Shown in pieces: positions 33,118 to 45,412 of a stretch of 64,000 nucleotides of DNA (positions are counted from its first letter, which is position 1; the number at the start of each line of letters is the position of its first letter). The DNA is taken from contig JBCBMN010000001.1 in the NCBI GenBank assembly GCA_039822745.1, forward strand, positions 300-64,299. The letters run 5' to 3'. The notes under the pieces are model-generated. The model saw only the letters and a list, made by a program, of their open reading frames with translations, did not search any database and was not told where the DNA came from. The position numbers were made by a program, and so were the translations under genes. This DNA comes from Pseudomonadota bacterium (GTDB lineage: Bacteria > Pseudomonadota > Alphaproteobacteria > Sphingomonadales > Sphingomonadaceae).

Positions 33118-33519
33118 GTGCCACGCAAGCCAGATACCGCCACTCAGAGCCCTGAGCGTATCTCTGATGCAGAGCATGCGATCATGGAAGCTCTGTGGGA
33201 TCAAAAGGGCGATGCCAGCGCTCAGGATATCTTCGATACCGTAGGCGAAGCGCGCGACTGGAGCCTTGCGACAGTCAAGACGCTGCTCTCACGGCTCGTC
33301 CAGAAGCAAGCGGTTTCGACCCGCCCGGATGGTCGCCGTTTCCTCTATTCACCATTGATGGCGCGGGACGATTATGTCGGTGGTGAAAGCCGCCGACTGG
33401 TCGACAAGCTGTTCGGTGGGAAAGCGGCATCACTGGTCGCGCATTTGGCCGAGTCCGAAGCGCTGACCATGGATGACCTCACCGAAATCGAGCAGATTTT
33501 GAAGGAGCTGAAGCAATGA
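33118..33519 (+). CDS. BlaI/MecI/CopY family transcriptional repressor
   Basis: ISDAEHAIMEALW, WSLATVKTLLSRL and LVDKLFGG; GTG start after GGAGG. Confidence 0.92.
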   Translation: MPRKPDTATQSPERISDAEHAIMEALWDQKGDASAQDIFDTVGEARDWSLATVKTLLSRLVQKQAVSTRPDGRRFLYSPLMARDDYVGGESRRLVDKLFGGKAASLVAHLAESEALTMDDLTEIEQILKELKQ

Positions 33520-35273
33520 GCGCCTTCCTGTTTGATACGCTCGTTTGGACTGCGGCGCTGATTGCGCTGGTCCTTGTCCTTCGCCGCCCGGTGACGCGCT
33601 GGTTTGGTGCACCGATGGCCTATGCGCTGTGGTGCCTGCCAATGCTGCGCCTGCTGCTGCCGCCGATTGAGCTTCCCTCATGGCTGGCTCCGGTCGAAGA
33701 GCCGGTCGCTGTGTCTCCCGAAGTCGCTGGCGAACTTATGGTCGCGCTTGGATCGGATGTTGCGACGCAAGTTCCGCTTGTGGCGCAAGCCCCTGCGCCT
33801 GAGCCGACATTGTACGAGGCAGCCTATCACGCTTTTCTCAGCCTGCCGCTGACCGAGATTGCGCTGACAGCGTGGCTCGGTGGGGCAGCTGTGTTCCTTT
33901 ACCTGCGGTTCAGCGCCTATTTCCGCCTGCGCCATGAATTGACCGAGGGCGCGCGCGAAGTTGGCACCACGAAGGGGCCGCTGGGTACTATTCGCCTGAT
34001 CGAAACGCCCGGAACCGCTGCGCCGCTGGCTTTTGGCGTGGTGGAGCCGGTCGTCGCTCTGCCCGAAGGCTTTATGGCGCGGGTTGATCGGGAAGCACGC
34101 GACCTGGCGCTCGCTCACGAGCTAGAGCACCACCGCGGGCATGACCTCCTGATCAACATAATCGTGCAGCCGCTCTTCGCCTTGCACTGGTTCAACCCCT
34201 TGGGCCGATATGGCTGGCTGGCCTTGCGGCGAGACCAGGAAGCGGCCTGCGATGCGAGGGTGATAGCCTCGCAACCCAGAGAGACCAAAGCGCTCTATGC
34301 CAATGTCATTGCGAGCTTCGCCGCCGGGCCAAATATCGCCCTTGCGGCGCCGATGGCGTGCCCGGTCCTGGGCGATAAATCCATTATACAAAGACTGAGG
34401 AACCTAAAAATGACAGAACAATCCTCGAATACCCCTTCGCGCAAAATTGCTTCGCGTCTGATGCTGGGCGCTGCTGTCCTGGCGCTGCCGCTGACCGCTT
34501 CGATCACCTATGCAGAGACGCTCGTGCCGGAAATTCCGGGTCCCATCGCAGCGCCGCTGCCGCCGGCACCACCGGCTGCTCCCAAGGTTGATGGGATGGC
34601 CGTTCCCCCTGCGCCTGAAGCACCTTTCGCACCCAAAGCGCCAGCAGCGCCTGAGCCGGGGCAAAGCGAGACGACGATCATCACCATCGATCCCGATACC
34701 GGTGAGACTAAGACAGTGACCAAGAACGGCCAGTTCAATGTTGAGGCCGATGAGATCAAAGTGGTCAAGGTCAAGGACAAAAAGTTCGTTGTCATGAGCA
34801 ACTTCGAAGAAGGTCAGCATGACGGCGCCAAGACGCGCACCGAAACTGTTCGCATCGTCAATTCAGACGGCGAGCTCTCCGAAGCCGAGATGGAAGAGAT
34901 CATGGTCGAGGTCCGCGAGGGCCTGGCCGAAGCCGATAAGGCGCTGACCGAGGTTCGCGTCCAACTCACCGAGCTTGAAAAGAGCGAAATGTGGGAAGAG
35001 CTGGCCGAGTTGCAGGGGAATGTTGAGGGCCGCACGGTCGTCAAGATGTCGTGCGACAATTCATCTGACGAAGTTGCGACTACCACCCAGCTCGAGGACG
35101 GCCGCACCGAAGTGGTGATCTGCCAGTCCAAGGTCATGTCTTACGCACTCAAAGGCATTGAACAGGCGCGCGAAGCCATCGCCAACAATCCCGAGATCAC
35201 TGGCGAAATGCGCTCCAGCATTCTCAAAGAACTCGATCAGCAGATTGAGCGCTGGAAGAAAGAGGCGCGCTAA
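33516..35273 (+). CDS. M56 family metallopeptidase (BlaR1-like transducer)
   Basis: AYALW, HELEH, HWFNPL and DQEAACD; Pro-rich linker; novel C-terminal domain. Confidence 0.9.
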   Translation: MSAFLFDTLVWTAALIALVLVLRRPVTRWFGAPMAYALWCLPMLRLLLPPIELPSWLAPVEEPVAVSPEVAGELMVALGSDVATQVPLVAQAPAPEPTLYEAAYHAFLSLPLTEIALTAWLGGAAVFLYLRFSAYFRLRHELTEGAREVGTTKGPLGTIRLIETPGTAAPLAFGVVEPVVALPEGFMARVDREARDLALAHELEHHRGHDLLINIIVQPLFALHWFNPLGRYGWLALRRDQEAACDARVIASQPRETKALYANVIASFAAGPNIALAAPMACPVLGDKSIIQRLRNLKMTEQSSNTPSRKIASRLMLGAAVLALPLTASITYAETLVPEIPGPIAAPLPPAPPAAPKVDGMAVPPAPEAPFAPKAPAAPEPGQSETTIITIDPDTGETKTVTKNGQFNVEADEIKVVKVKDKKFVVMSNFEEGQHDGAKTRTETVRIVNSDGELSEAEMEEIMVEVREGLAEADKALTEVRVQLTELEKSEMWEELAELQGNVEGRTVVKMSCDNSSDEVATTTQLEDGRTEVVICQSKVMSYALKGIEQAREAIANNPEITGEMRSSILKELDQQIERWKKEAR

Positions 35274-35355
35274 GCGCAACAGCTCAAACGGCTCCCACGG
35301 GTCACCCGGATATCCTGCGATGATAGGGTGACTGAGCTGAGAGGCTCCAGAAGAG

Positions 35356-35398
35356 GCGGCGGACTATCTCCCCTGTGATGGTCCGCCGCTTTGCTTTT
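35356..35398 (+). terminator. Rho-independent terminator after the M56 gene
   Basis: GCGGCGGACTATC-N8-GATGGTCCGCCGC followed by TTTGCTTTT. Confidence 0.8.
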
Positions 35399-35404
35399 GC
35401 GCGG

Positions 35405-35420
35405 TTCATATACAATTCAG
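35405..35420 (+). promoter_or_regulatory. cre-tag-like direct repeat upstream of creD
   Basis: TTCAT-N6-TTCAG compared with the CreB/BlrA site TTCAC-N6-TTCAC. Confidence 0.45.
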
Positions 35421-35470
35421 TTCATCGCTCACAATGCACAACTCGTCTCACGACCAAAGGAGAATGAGTG

Positions 35471-36895
35471 ATGTCAGGTGAACGAAGTCCAGGAACCAAA
35501 CTTATCATTGTTGCGATGATTGGCGCGATGCTGATCGTCCCCTTGGCGATGGTGTTCATGCTGGTGGGAGACCGTCAACACCAGGCGCGCATCGCGCAAA
35601 ATTCAGTCACAGCCGCATGGGCAGGGCCGCAGATTGTGGCGGGTCCGACGCTGGTGGTCCCATATATTGTGAAGCGCGAAGTTCGGGAAAATGTGGACAA
35701 CAAGATCACCACGCGCATCGTCGAGAACCGCCAGAATTTATACATCTCGCCATCCACTCAGGACCTTGAGACCACGCTCGATCCCGAAGTGCGCACGCGC
35801 GGTTCGATCCATCGCAGCGTTGTTTATGAGGCGGCCATCAGCGGGAACGCCCGGTTTGTGATGCCCGACGATCTCGAACGGCTCAACATAAAGCCTGAAC
35901 AGCTGCGCCTCAGCGAAGCCTTTGTGCAATTGCCTATCTCTGACCCGCGCGGGCTGTTGACCGATGCGCGGCTTTCGCAGGGCGGTGAAGCGCTTACGCT
36001 GCGTCCCGGTCTGGGTGCCAGTCAGGAGGGGACGGGTGTGCACGCCTTCCTTGACTGGAGCGAGGGAGCGGATGTCCAACTCGATTTCACGTATGCCCTT
36101 CGCGGCAGCAGCGCTTTTAGCATGGTCCCGCGCGGCGAGGAGAGCACGTTCAAGGTGAAATCGGAATGGCAGCATCCCAGTTTCGGCGGAGGCTTCCTGC
36201 CGGGTGATGCGGACAAGGTGGTCGACGAAACCGGGTTCAGCGCGAGCTGGTCCATCTCGAACCTTGCGCTGGGTCAGTCATTGGTGGGGACTGGGCAGCC
36301 GCTTTCGCCCTATGCCGCAGAGCCGAACACCGATTACATGTTCAACGAAATTGCCGCCCCGCAATCTGGGCAATCCATGGCAACGATCCGCCTGATCGAG
36401 CCGGTTGATCTTTACAAGCAGGTTGAGCGCTCGCTCAAATATGGCTTTCTCTTCATCGGCTTCACCTTTCTGGCGTTCCTGATGTTCGACATTGTCGGCG
36501 GCGCCAAAGTGGCTTCGGCGGAGTATCTGCTGACGGGAGCGGGATTGATCCTGTTCTTTGTCATGCTGCTCGCCTTTGCCGAGATGATCGGGTTTGCCTG
36601 GGCCTATCTGATCGCGAGCGCGGCCATCATTGGGCTGTTGGCGAGCTATTCTGCAGCCGTGCTGGGCGGATGGAAACGAGCAAGCTTCATCGCTGCGCTT
36701 CTGACGGGGCTTTACGCGGTCCTCTATGTCCTGCTCAACCTTGAGGAATGGTCCCTGGTGATCGGATCGCTGATGCTGTTCGTGGCTCTGGCTGCCGTGA
36801 TGTACGCGACGCGCAACATCAACTGGTCGGCAGTGACGGCAAGCGTTGACGACCCTTACGACACCGAGCCAGCCAATCATGCAGCAGAAGTCTGA
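35471..36895 (+). CDS. creD: Inner membrane protein CreD
   Basis: WAGPQ..GP, WQHPSFGG, VDLYKQVERSLKYG and MYATRNINW. Confidence 0.93.
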   Translation: MSGERSPGTKLIIVAMIGAMLIVPLAMVFMLVGDRQHQARIAQNSVTAAWAGPQIVAGPTLVVPYIVKREVRENVDNKITTRIVENRQNLYISPSTQDLETTLDPEVRTRGSIHRSVVYEAAISGNARFVMPDDLERLNIKPEQLRLSEAFVQLPISDPRGLLTDARLSQGGEALTLRPGLGASQEGTGVHAFLDWSEGADVQLDFTYALRGSSAFSMVPRGEESTFKVKSEWQHPSFGGGFLPGDADKVVDETGFSASWSISNLALGQSLVGTGQPLSPYAAEPNTDYMFNEIAAPQSGQSMATIRLIEPVDLYKQVERSLKYGFLFIGFTFLAFLMFDIVGGAKVASAEYLLTGAGLILFFVMLLAFAEMIGFAWAYLIASAAIIGLLASYSAAVLGGWKRASFIAALLTGLYAVLYVLLNLEEWSLVIGSLMLFVALAAVMYATRNINWSAVTASVDDPYDTEPANHAAEV

Positions 36896-36908
36896 TTGAT
36901 CCCAACAC

Positions 36909-36961
36909 AAAACCCGCCAGTCTCGCCTTCGATGGAACAGCGAGGCTGGCGGGTTTCTTTA
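36909..36961. terminator. Bidirectional terminator between convergent genes
   Basis: AAAACCCGCCAGTCTCGC...GCGAGGCTGGCGGGTTTCTTT. Confidence 0.8.
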
Positions 36962-37489
36962 TTCAGCAGGTTTGGGCCGGGCTGGATATTTGCAGCCGCG
37001 TGCTTGGCCAAGGCCTTTCAAATAGCCGCGGCGGACCATGCCAGCCATGCGAGCCGCGCTTGACTCGCGCGCATTGCCTGCAGCACCCGACACTTCACGC
37101 ACAAGGCCGCGAAACGGGATGATGGAGCCAACCACGCTCTTTGCCGTACCCTTGGCGTTGATCCCGGTGCCTTTGGCGCCGGCGGTGTCATAATCCTCAC
37201 CCAGAGCTTCATCCAGCTTTGCAATTTCGGCGACCAGCGCGTTGCATGTGCTCAGGCCTTCGGAGGAATACGGTGCCTTTGCAGCGTCGATCAGGACTTC
37301 GGGGATGTCTTCCTTCGACAATCCGACATCCTCTAACGGGGTTTCAGCAACGTCCTTTACGTCGTTGGCAACGTCCTTGACGTCATCACCATCGACCTTT
37401 TGCGCAGCGGCGGGAGCAGCACTCAGCATCCCCAACGCCAGTGTTGCTCCCAACAGGCAAATCGCCTTAGTCAAAGTTGAAATATACAT
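36959..37489 (-). CDS. Conserved secreted hypothetical protein
   Basis: Signal peptide; IPFRGLVREVSGA, RRGYLKGLG..GC; DVKDVA duplicated. Start uncertain. Confidence 0.7.
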   Translation of the reverse strand: MYISTLTKAICLLGATLALGMLSAAPAAAQKVDGDDVKDVANDVKDVAETPLEDVGLSKEDIPEVLIDAAKAPYSSEGLSTCNALVAEIAKLDEALGEDYDTAGAKGTGINAKGTAKSVVGSIIPFRGLVREVSGAAGNARESSAARMAGMVRRGYLKGLGQARGCKYPARPKPAE

Positions 37490-38339
37490 CGCATGCTCCC
37501 GGGTCTGCGGATTGAAGGCCTCTGCGCAGCGCTTCGATACGCTGGCTGCTGGTTCCGTGAGTGAAGTTCTCAGGTCGAATCCGCTGCCCGGCATTGCGCG
37601 CGAGTGTGTCATCCCCGATTGAGGATGCCGCGCGCATGCCTTCTTCGATGTCGCCGGGTTCGATGCGCGAGGCATTCTTGCCTGCCCAGACGCCAGCGAG
37701 GCAATCCGCGTCGAGTTCCATGCGCACCTGCAATTGGTTGGCTGCCCGCGGGTTGCGGGCCTGAAGCTGGCGGATCTGGTCCGCTCTGCCGGTCAGGTTC
37801 TGGATGTGATGTCCATATTCATGCGCCACGACATAAAGCCGCGCAAAGTCGCCGCGCGTGCCGCTCATCTTGGCAAGCTGATCAAAGAACTGCACGTCGA
37901 TGTACATGCCCATATCCGCCGGACAGTAGAATGGGCCGGATGCGGAACTTGCACTGCCGCACCCCTCGGTATCGACGCGGCCTGATGGGAACAGGTTGAG
38001 GAATGGCTGGCGGAACGGGATGTTGGCGCGGGCGAATTCCGGCGCCCAAGTTTCGTTGAGGCTGGTGAGCGCTTCGCACGCCTCGCGCGCATAAGGGCCG
38101 CTGGTGCAGATTTGCTCTTCGCTGAGTTCGCGTGTTGAGCCAGAGGGGACAGTGCCCTGCTGCTCAATCCCGCCGATGATGGAAAGCGTCTGCTGCGGAT
38201 CGATGCCGAACACAAGCGCTCCGATCAGCGCGATGATGATCGCACCACAGCCCACGCCACCTGCTCGCCTGCGACCACGCGCAGGTCCGCTGGTTGAGCG
38301 AACATCGATCTTCGACGTGTCGAAAGGATTGAGCCGCAT
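37467..38339 (-). CDS. Neutral zinc metallopeptidase (YpfJ-like)
   Basis: GPFYCPAD, AHEYGHHIQ, ELDADCLAG and FTHGTS. Confidence 0.93.
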   Translation of the reverse strand: MRLNPFDTSKIDVRSTSGPARGRRRAGGVGCGAIIIALIGALVFGIDPQQTLSIIGGIEQQGTVPSGSTRELSEEQICTSGPYAREACEALTSLNETWAPEFARANIPFRQPFLNLFPSGRVDTEGCGSASSASGPFYCPADMGMYIDVQFFDQLAKMSGTRGDFARLYVVAHEYGHHIQNLTGRADQIRQLQARNPRAANQLQVRMELDADCLAGVWAGKNASRIEPGDIEEGMRAASSIGDDTLARNAGQRIRPENFTHGTSSQRIEALRRGLQSADPGACDVYFNFD

Positions 38340-38466
38340 CGCTTTTCCCCGTTCCCCTCATGCGCGCAGCGCGCGATCTGGTGCTTACGCGCATTTCGCT
38401 GGACACCGCGAGTGCATGGCGCAACAGACTTCGCGTAAAGGATTAGTCAATTGAGGAGTACATGCA

Positions 38467-39222
38467 ATGTTGCTCGAAGGAAAACGCGCGCTGGTAACCG
38501 GGTCGACGTCAGGGATCGGTCTGGCGATTGCCAAGGCTTTGCGGGCAGAGGGCGCTGAGGTCATCCTTAACGGGCTGGGCGATCCTGATGAGATTGCCAA
38601 ACTCCAGGCAGAGATCGGCGCGGATTTTGCCGGCGCAAACCTGATGGATCCCGCCGCGATTGAAGCGATGTTCGACGAGATCGGCCCGGTCGATATTCTG
38701 GTCAACAATGCAGGCATGCAGCATGTTTCTCCGGTCGAGGACTTCCCGCCTGAGAAATGGGATGCCGTCATTGCGCTCAATCTGACGGCGGTATTTCACA
38801 CCACTCGGCTTGCCGTGCCCGGCATGAAGGAGAAGGGGTGGGGGCGGATCATCAACACCGCCTCAGCGCACTCGCTGACAGCCTCGCCGTTCAAGAGCGC
38901 CTATAACGCCTCGAAACATGCGGTGGCCGGGTTTACCAAGACGATCGCGCTGGAATTGGCGACTACGGGTGTGACCGCCAATTGCATCAGCCCGGGCTAT
39001 GTCTGGACGCCGCTGATCGAAGGGCAGATCCCCGACACGATGGCCGCGCGCGGGCTGAGCCGGGAGGAAGTCATCAATGATGTGCTTCTGGCCAAGCAGC
39101 CGACCAAGAAGTTCGTTCAACCGCACGAGGTCGGCGCTATGGCGGTGTTCCTGTGCCGCGAGGAAGCGGGCAATGTCACCGGCGCCAATTGGAGCATTGA
39201 CGGGGGCTGGACCGCAGAATGA
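38467..39222 (+). CDS. bdhA: 3-hydroxybutyrate dehydrogenase
   Basis: TGSTSGIG, NNAGMQHV, ASPFKSAY, QPTKKF and DGGWTA. Confidence 0.92.
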   Translation: MLLEGKRALVTGSTSGIGLAIAKALRAEGAEVILNGLGDPDEIAKLQAEIGADFAGANLMDPAAIEAMFDEIGPVDILVNNAGMQHVSPVEDFPPEKWDAVIALNLTAVFHTTRLAVPGMKEKGWGRIINTASAHSLTASPFKSAYNASKHAVAGFTKTIALELATTGVTANCISPGYVWTPLIEGQIPDTMAARGLSREEVINDVLLAKQPTKKFVQPHEVGAMAVFLCREEAGNVTGANWSIDGGWTAE

Positions 39223-39232
39223 GCCTTTTTGG

Positions 39233-42282
<3,050 letters not shown>

Positions 42283-42369
42283 GGGCCAATAAGCGATTTC
42301 CTACAAGCGGCCGGGCTGTCAGAATCCTTGGCCAAGATGACCGATTGAAAAGCGCTTTATGTTGGATAA

Positions 42370-42475
42370 GTGTCAACTTCGCTCTTTGCGGCTGAAAGTG
42401 AACAATTATAGTGATTTATGAGGCAAAACTGACGAATTTGACGCTTTTGCACGTGTCAACTTTGTCAACTTTGTT
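42370..42475. repeat. TGTCAACTT 9-mer repeat cluster in an AT-rich intergenic region
   Basis: Copies at 42371, 42454 and 42463, plus oppositely oriented TGACG pairs at 42430 and 42439. Confidence 0.7.
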
Positions 42476-42487
42476 CGGCAGTGCAGC

Positions 42488-43666
42488 ATGATTCCCTCGG
42501 CGCGGGTGCAGGCTGCGATTGAACTGCTTGATGCGACTATCGAGGCGGCCAGAAACAAGGGCGCTCCGGCGGATCGGCTGATCGCGGCCTATTTCAAGAC
42601 CCGGCGCTATGCGGGTTCGAAGGATCGCAGGGCGGTGCGCGAACTGGTCTATCGCGCGATCCGGCATTGCGGGCCGGTCCCGGCAAACGGGCGAGCGGCG
42701 ATGCTGGCTCTGGCTGAGGTGGATGAGGGCTTGGCAGTGCTGTTTGATGGGTCTGAGCATGGCCCCGCTGCGATTGGCGAGCAGGAGAAGGTGGCTCAAA
42801 GCGGCCTTGCTCCTGATTGGCTGGTCAAGGAACTGACCCGCTCAGACGTCAGCGATGAGGTTGTGGCATCGCTGCTGGGGCGCGCGCCGCTTGATATCCG
42901 GGTCAACGCTCTGAAGGCAGACCGCTCCACGCTCGACTTGCCTGATGCGGGCGAGGCTTTGGCCGCTCCTCAGGCGCTGCGGTTTGAAATGGGCACGAAT
43001 GTTGAACAATGGCCTGCCTTTCGCGACGGTCTGATCGAAGTGCAGGACCATGGCAGCCAGCTTATTTGCGAAGCCATCCCGGCGCAGGCTGGTGACACTG
43101 TCATTGACCTGTGCGCAGGGGCAGGCGGTAAGAGCCTCGCTCTCGCGGCACGCTTTGGCAATGCGATCAGTCTGGTGGCCAGCGACACTGACAAGCGTCG
43201 GCTCGGCAATCTGGCACCGCGCGCCACGCGGGCAGGGGCGCAAATTGACCAGACCGTGCTGCTCGATCCCCAGCGCGAAATGGAGGCGCTCGCCGCGTAC
43301 GGGGGCAAGGCGGATCATGTGCTGATCGACGCGCCCTGTTCGGGGACGGGCACATGGCGGCGCAACCCCGAGGGACGCTGGCGTTTGGACAAGGCTGAGC
43401 TCGCGCGCCTCACCAGATTGCAGGACCACGTGCTCGACATCGCCGCGCAGCTGGTGCGGCCGGGCGGAACGCTCACTTATGTGACGTGTTCGGTTCTTGA
43501 TGCCGAAGGCGCAGATCGCATGAGCGCATTCCACACGCGCCATCCCGGCTTTGTGGCTGAGACACCTGCGTTGCCGGTTGGAACTGCGCGTGATTCGGCC
43601 CTGCGGCTGGATCCGTATCACGACGGCACGGACGGCTTTTTTGTCGCTATCGCCCGCTCGCCATGA
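42488..43666 (+). CDS. RsmB/NOP family RNA m5C methyltransferase
   Basis: RRYAGSKDR, EVQDHGSQ, DLCAGAGGKS, DAPCSG, YVTCS and TDGFF. Confidence 0.93.
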   Translation: MIPSARVQAAIELLDATIEAARNKGAPADRLIAAYFKTRRYAGSKDRRAVRELVYRAIRHCGPVPANGRAAMLALAEVDEGLAVLFDGSEHGPAAIGEQEKVAQSGLAPDWLVKELTRSDVSDEVVASLLGRAPLDIRVNALKADRSTLDLPDAGEALAAPQALRFEMGTNVEQWPAFRDGLIEVQDHGSQLICEAIPAQAGDTVIDLCAGAGGKSLALAARFGNAISLVASDTDKRRLGNLAPRATRAGAQIDQTVLLDPQREMEALAAYGGKADHVLIDAPCSGTGTWRRNPEGRWRLDKAELARLTRLQDHVLDIAAQLVRPGGTLTYVTCSVLDAEGADRMSAFHTRHPGFVAETPALPVGTARDSALRLDPYHDGTDGFFVAIARSP

Positions 43667-43740
43667 TAATCCTAATCGCTATGCCTAAGCCTCCGGTAAC
43701 CCGGTCAGATGCCGGGACCACTTCGATAAAGGAGTTATTC

Positions 43741-44238
43741 ATGCGTTTTGCGCCTGCTGCCGCTGCTCTCTCACTGTTCCTCGCCACCACGGCAAGTGTG
43801 ACAGGTGCCATGGATCGAGAGCCGAACCCGCGGGCTGAATCGCTGATCATGCAGGGGCGCTCGGCTTTGGTCTCTGGCGATACACAAGGCGCGATTGACG
43901 CCTTTGAAGCCGCGCTGACGGTGGACCCAGGTTACACGCCGGTTTTCCTTGAGCTTGCCGAAGTGGCGCGTGCCGAAGGTCTACAGGGCAAGGCGATCAA
44001 GTATTACCGCGAAGCTCTGGCGCGCGATCCCGGCAATTTCGCAGCGATTTCAGGCGAGGGCGCCGCTTTGGTGGAGAAAGGTGCGTTGGAAAAGGCGAAG
44101 CGCAATCTTGCCCGGCTCCAAAGCCTGTGCGGCGATGCTTGCCCGGAAACCCTGGCGCTTGAAATGACCATCGAAGACGGGCCTCCGGCGCGGCTCGCAG
44201 CGGAAACCGCCGATGCCGAAACGCCCGCCAGCAACTGA
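43741..44238 (+). CDS. Secreted TPR protein
   Basis: AAGGAG RBS, signal peptide and TPR repeats. Confidence 0.85.
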   Translation: MRFAPAAAALSLFLATTASVTGAMDREPNPRAESLIMQGRSALVSGDTQGAIDAFEAALTVDPGYTPVFLELAEVARAEGLQGKAIKYYREALARDPGNFAAISGEGAALVEKGALEKAKRNLARLQSLCGDACPETLALEMTIEDGPPARLAAETADAETPASN

Positions 44239-44257
44239 TTGAGAGAGACTGACAGCC

Positions 44258-44932
44258 ATGCTGACGCTCCATCACCTCGAATATTCGCAAAGCTTTCGCA
44301 TCCTGTGGCTGCTTGAAGAGCTGGGCGCTGAGTATGAGCTGAAGTCGTATGATCGCGATCCCGAAAGCAATCTGGCGCCTGCCGAGTACAAGGCGCTGTC
44401 ACCGCTCGGGACGGCTCCTGTAGTGACCGACGGCGATATTGTGCTGGCAGAGAGCAATGCGATCATCGACTACATCATGGACAGCCACCCTGACAGTCCG
44501 CTCGATCCCAAGCCGGGCAGTGCGGACCGCGCGCGGCATCTGTTCTGGTATCACGCAAGCCCCGGCTCGCTGATGTCGATCCAGGGAACAGCGATGGTGC
44601 TGACACTTCTGGAGGATCGTTCGCCTTGGCCGCTAAGCTCGCTGCTGAAAGCGGTGTTTGGTCAAGTGCGCAAACTCTTCATCAACCCGCGTAATGAAGC
44701 GATCTATGCTCTGATGGAGAAGGACTTGGGCGAAAGGCCGTTCTTTGGTGGAGAGAGCTTCACCACGGCGGACATCACCATGATTTATGCCATGGTCGCC
44801 CTGCGGACCAAGGGAACATTCGACACCGGCTATCCCAACATCCTTGCGTGGTTTGACCGGGTCGAGGCGATCCCTTCCTTTCAGTCAGCACGGGCCAAGG
44901 ATGATCGGCCGCACATCGATTTCCGCTTCTGA
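44258..44932 (+). CDS. Glutathione S-transferase
   Basis: SQSFRILWLLEEL, LAESNAI and FTTADI. Confidence 0.92.
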   Translation: MLTLHHLEYSQSFRILWLLEELGAEYELKSYDRDPESNLAPAEYKALSPLGTAPVVTDGDIVLAESNAIIDYIMDSHPDSPLDPKPGSADRARHLFWYHASPGSLMSIQGTAMVLTLLEDRSPWPLSSLLKAVFGQVRKLFINPRNEAIYALMEKDLGERPFFGGESFTTADITMIYAMVALRTKGTFDTGYPNILAWFDRVEAIPSFQSARAKDDRPHIDFRF

Positions 44933-44938
44933 AGCGGC

Positions 44939-45412
44939 TCAGATCAGGTCGCGAAATTCCTCGACCAAAGCTGCGTAAACATCGCGTTTGAACGGCACGA
45001 TCATTTCGGGAAGCAGGTCGGGTTCGAGCCAGCGATAGGCGTTGAACTCAGGAGGGTCATGGGCTTCGAGGTTGATATCAGCCTCTTCGCCAAGGAAGCG
45101 GCCCAGAAACCAGTGCTGGATCTGGCCGCGATACTTGCCCTTCCAAACCTTGCCCAGAAGCTCTGGCGGAAGGTCGTATTTCATGGGGGAGGAGGCGCGG
45201 GCGATCACTTCGACCTTGTCGGGAGTGATGCCGGTTTCCTCCTCGAGCTCGCGCAGGGCAGCGGCTTGCTCGTCCTCGCCCGGATCAATCCCGCCCTGCG
45301 GCATCTGCCAGGTGCCATGTGCGCGGGAATCGATGCGCTTGCCGGTAAAGACAAGTCCGTCCGCGTTGACCAGCATGAAGCCCGCGCAGGGCCGGTAAGG
45401 AAGATCGCTCAC
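44939..45412 (-). CDS. rppH: RNA pyrophosphohydrolase
   Basis: YRPCAG, WQMPQGGID..AALRELEEETG (Nudix box), YRGQ and IVPFKRDVY. Confidence 0.96.
   Translation of the reverse strand: MSDLPYRPCAGFMLVNADGLVFTGKRIDSRAHGTWQMPQGGIDPGEDEQAAALRELEEETGITPDKVEVIARASSPMKYDLPPELLGKVWKGKYRGQIQHWFLGRFLGEEADINLEAHDPPEFNAYRWLEPDLLPEMIVPFKRDVYAALVEEFRDLI

Noticed and set aside
34540-34660. Repetitive GC-rich stretch in the M56 gene
   Set aside because: It encodes a Pro/Ala linker and is not a DNA-level array.
37347-37388. 21-nt imperfect tandem duplication (DVKDVA twice)
   Set aside because: It is an in-frame two-copy duplication in a low-complexity N-terminus, with no evidence of function.
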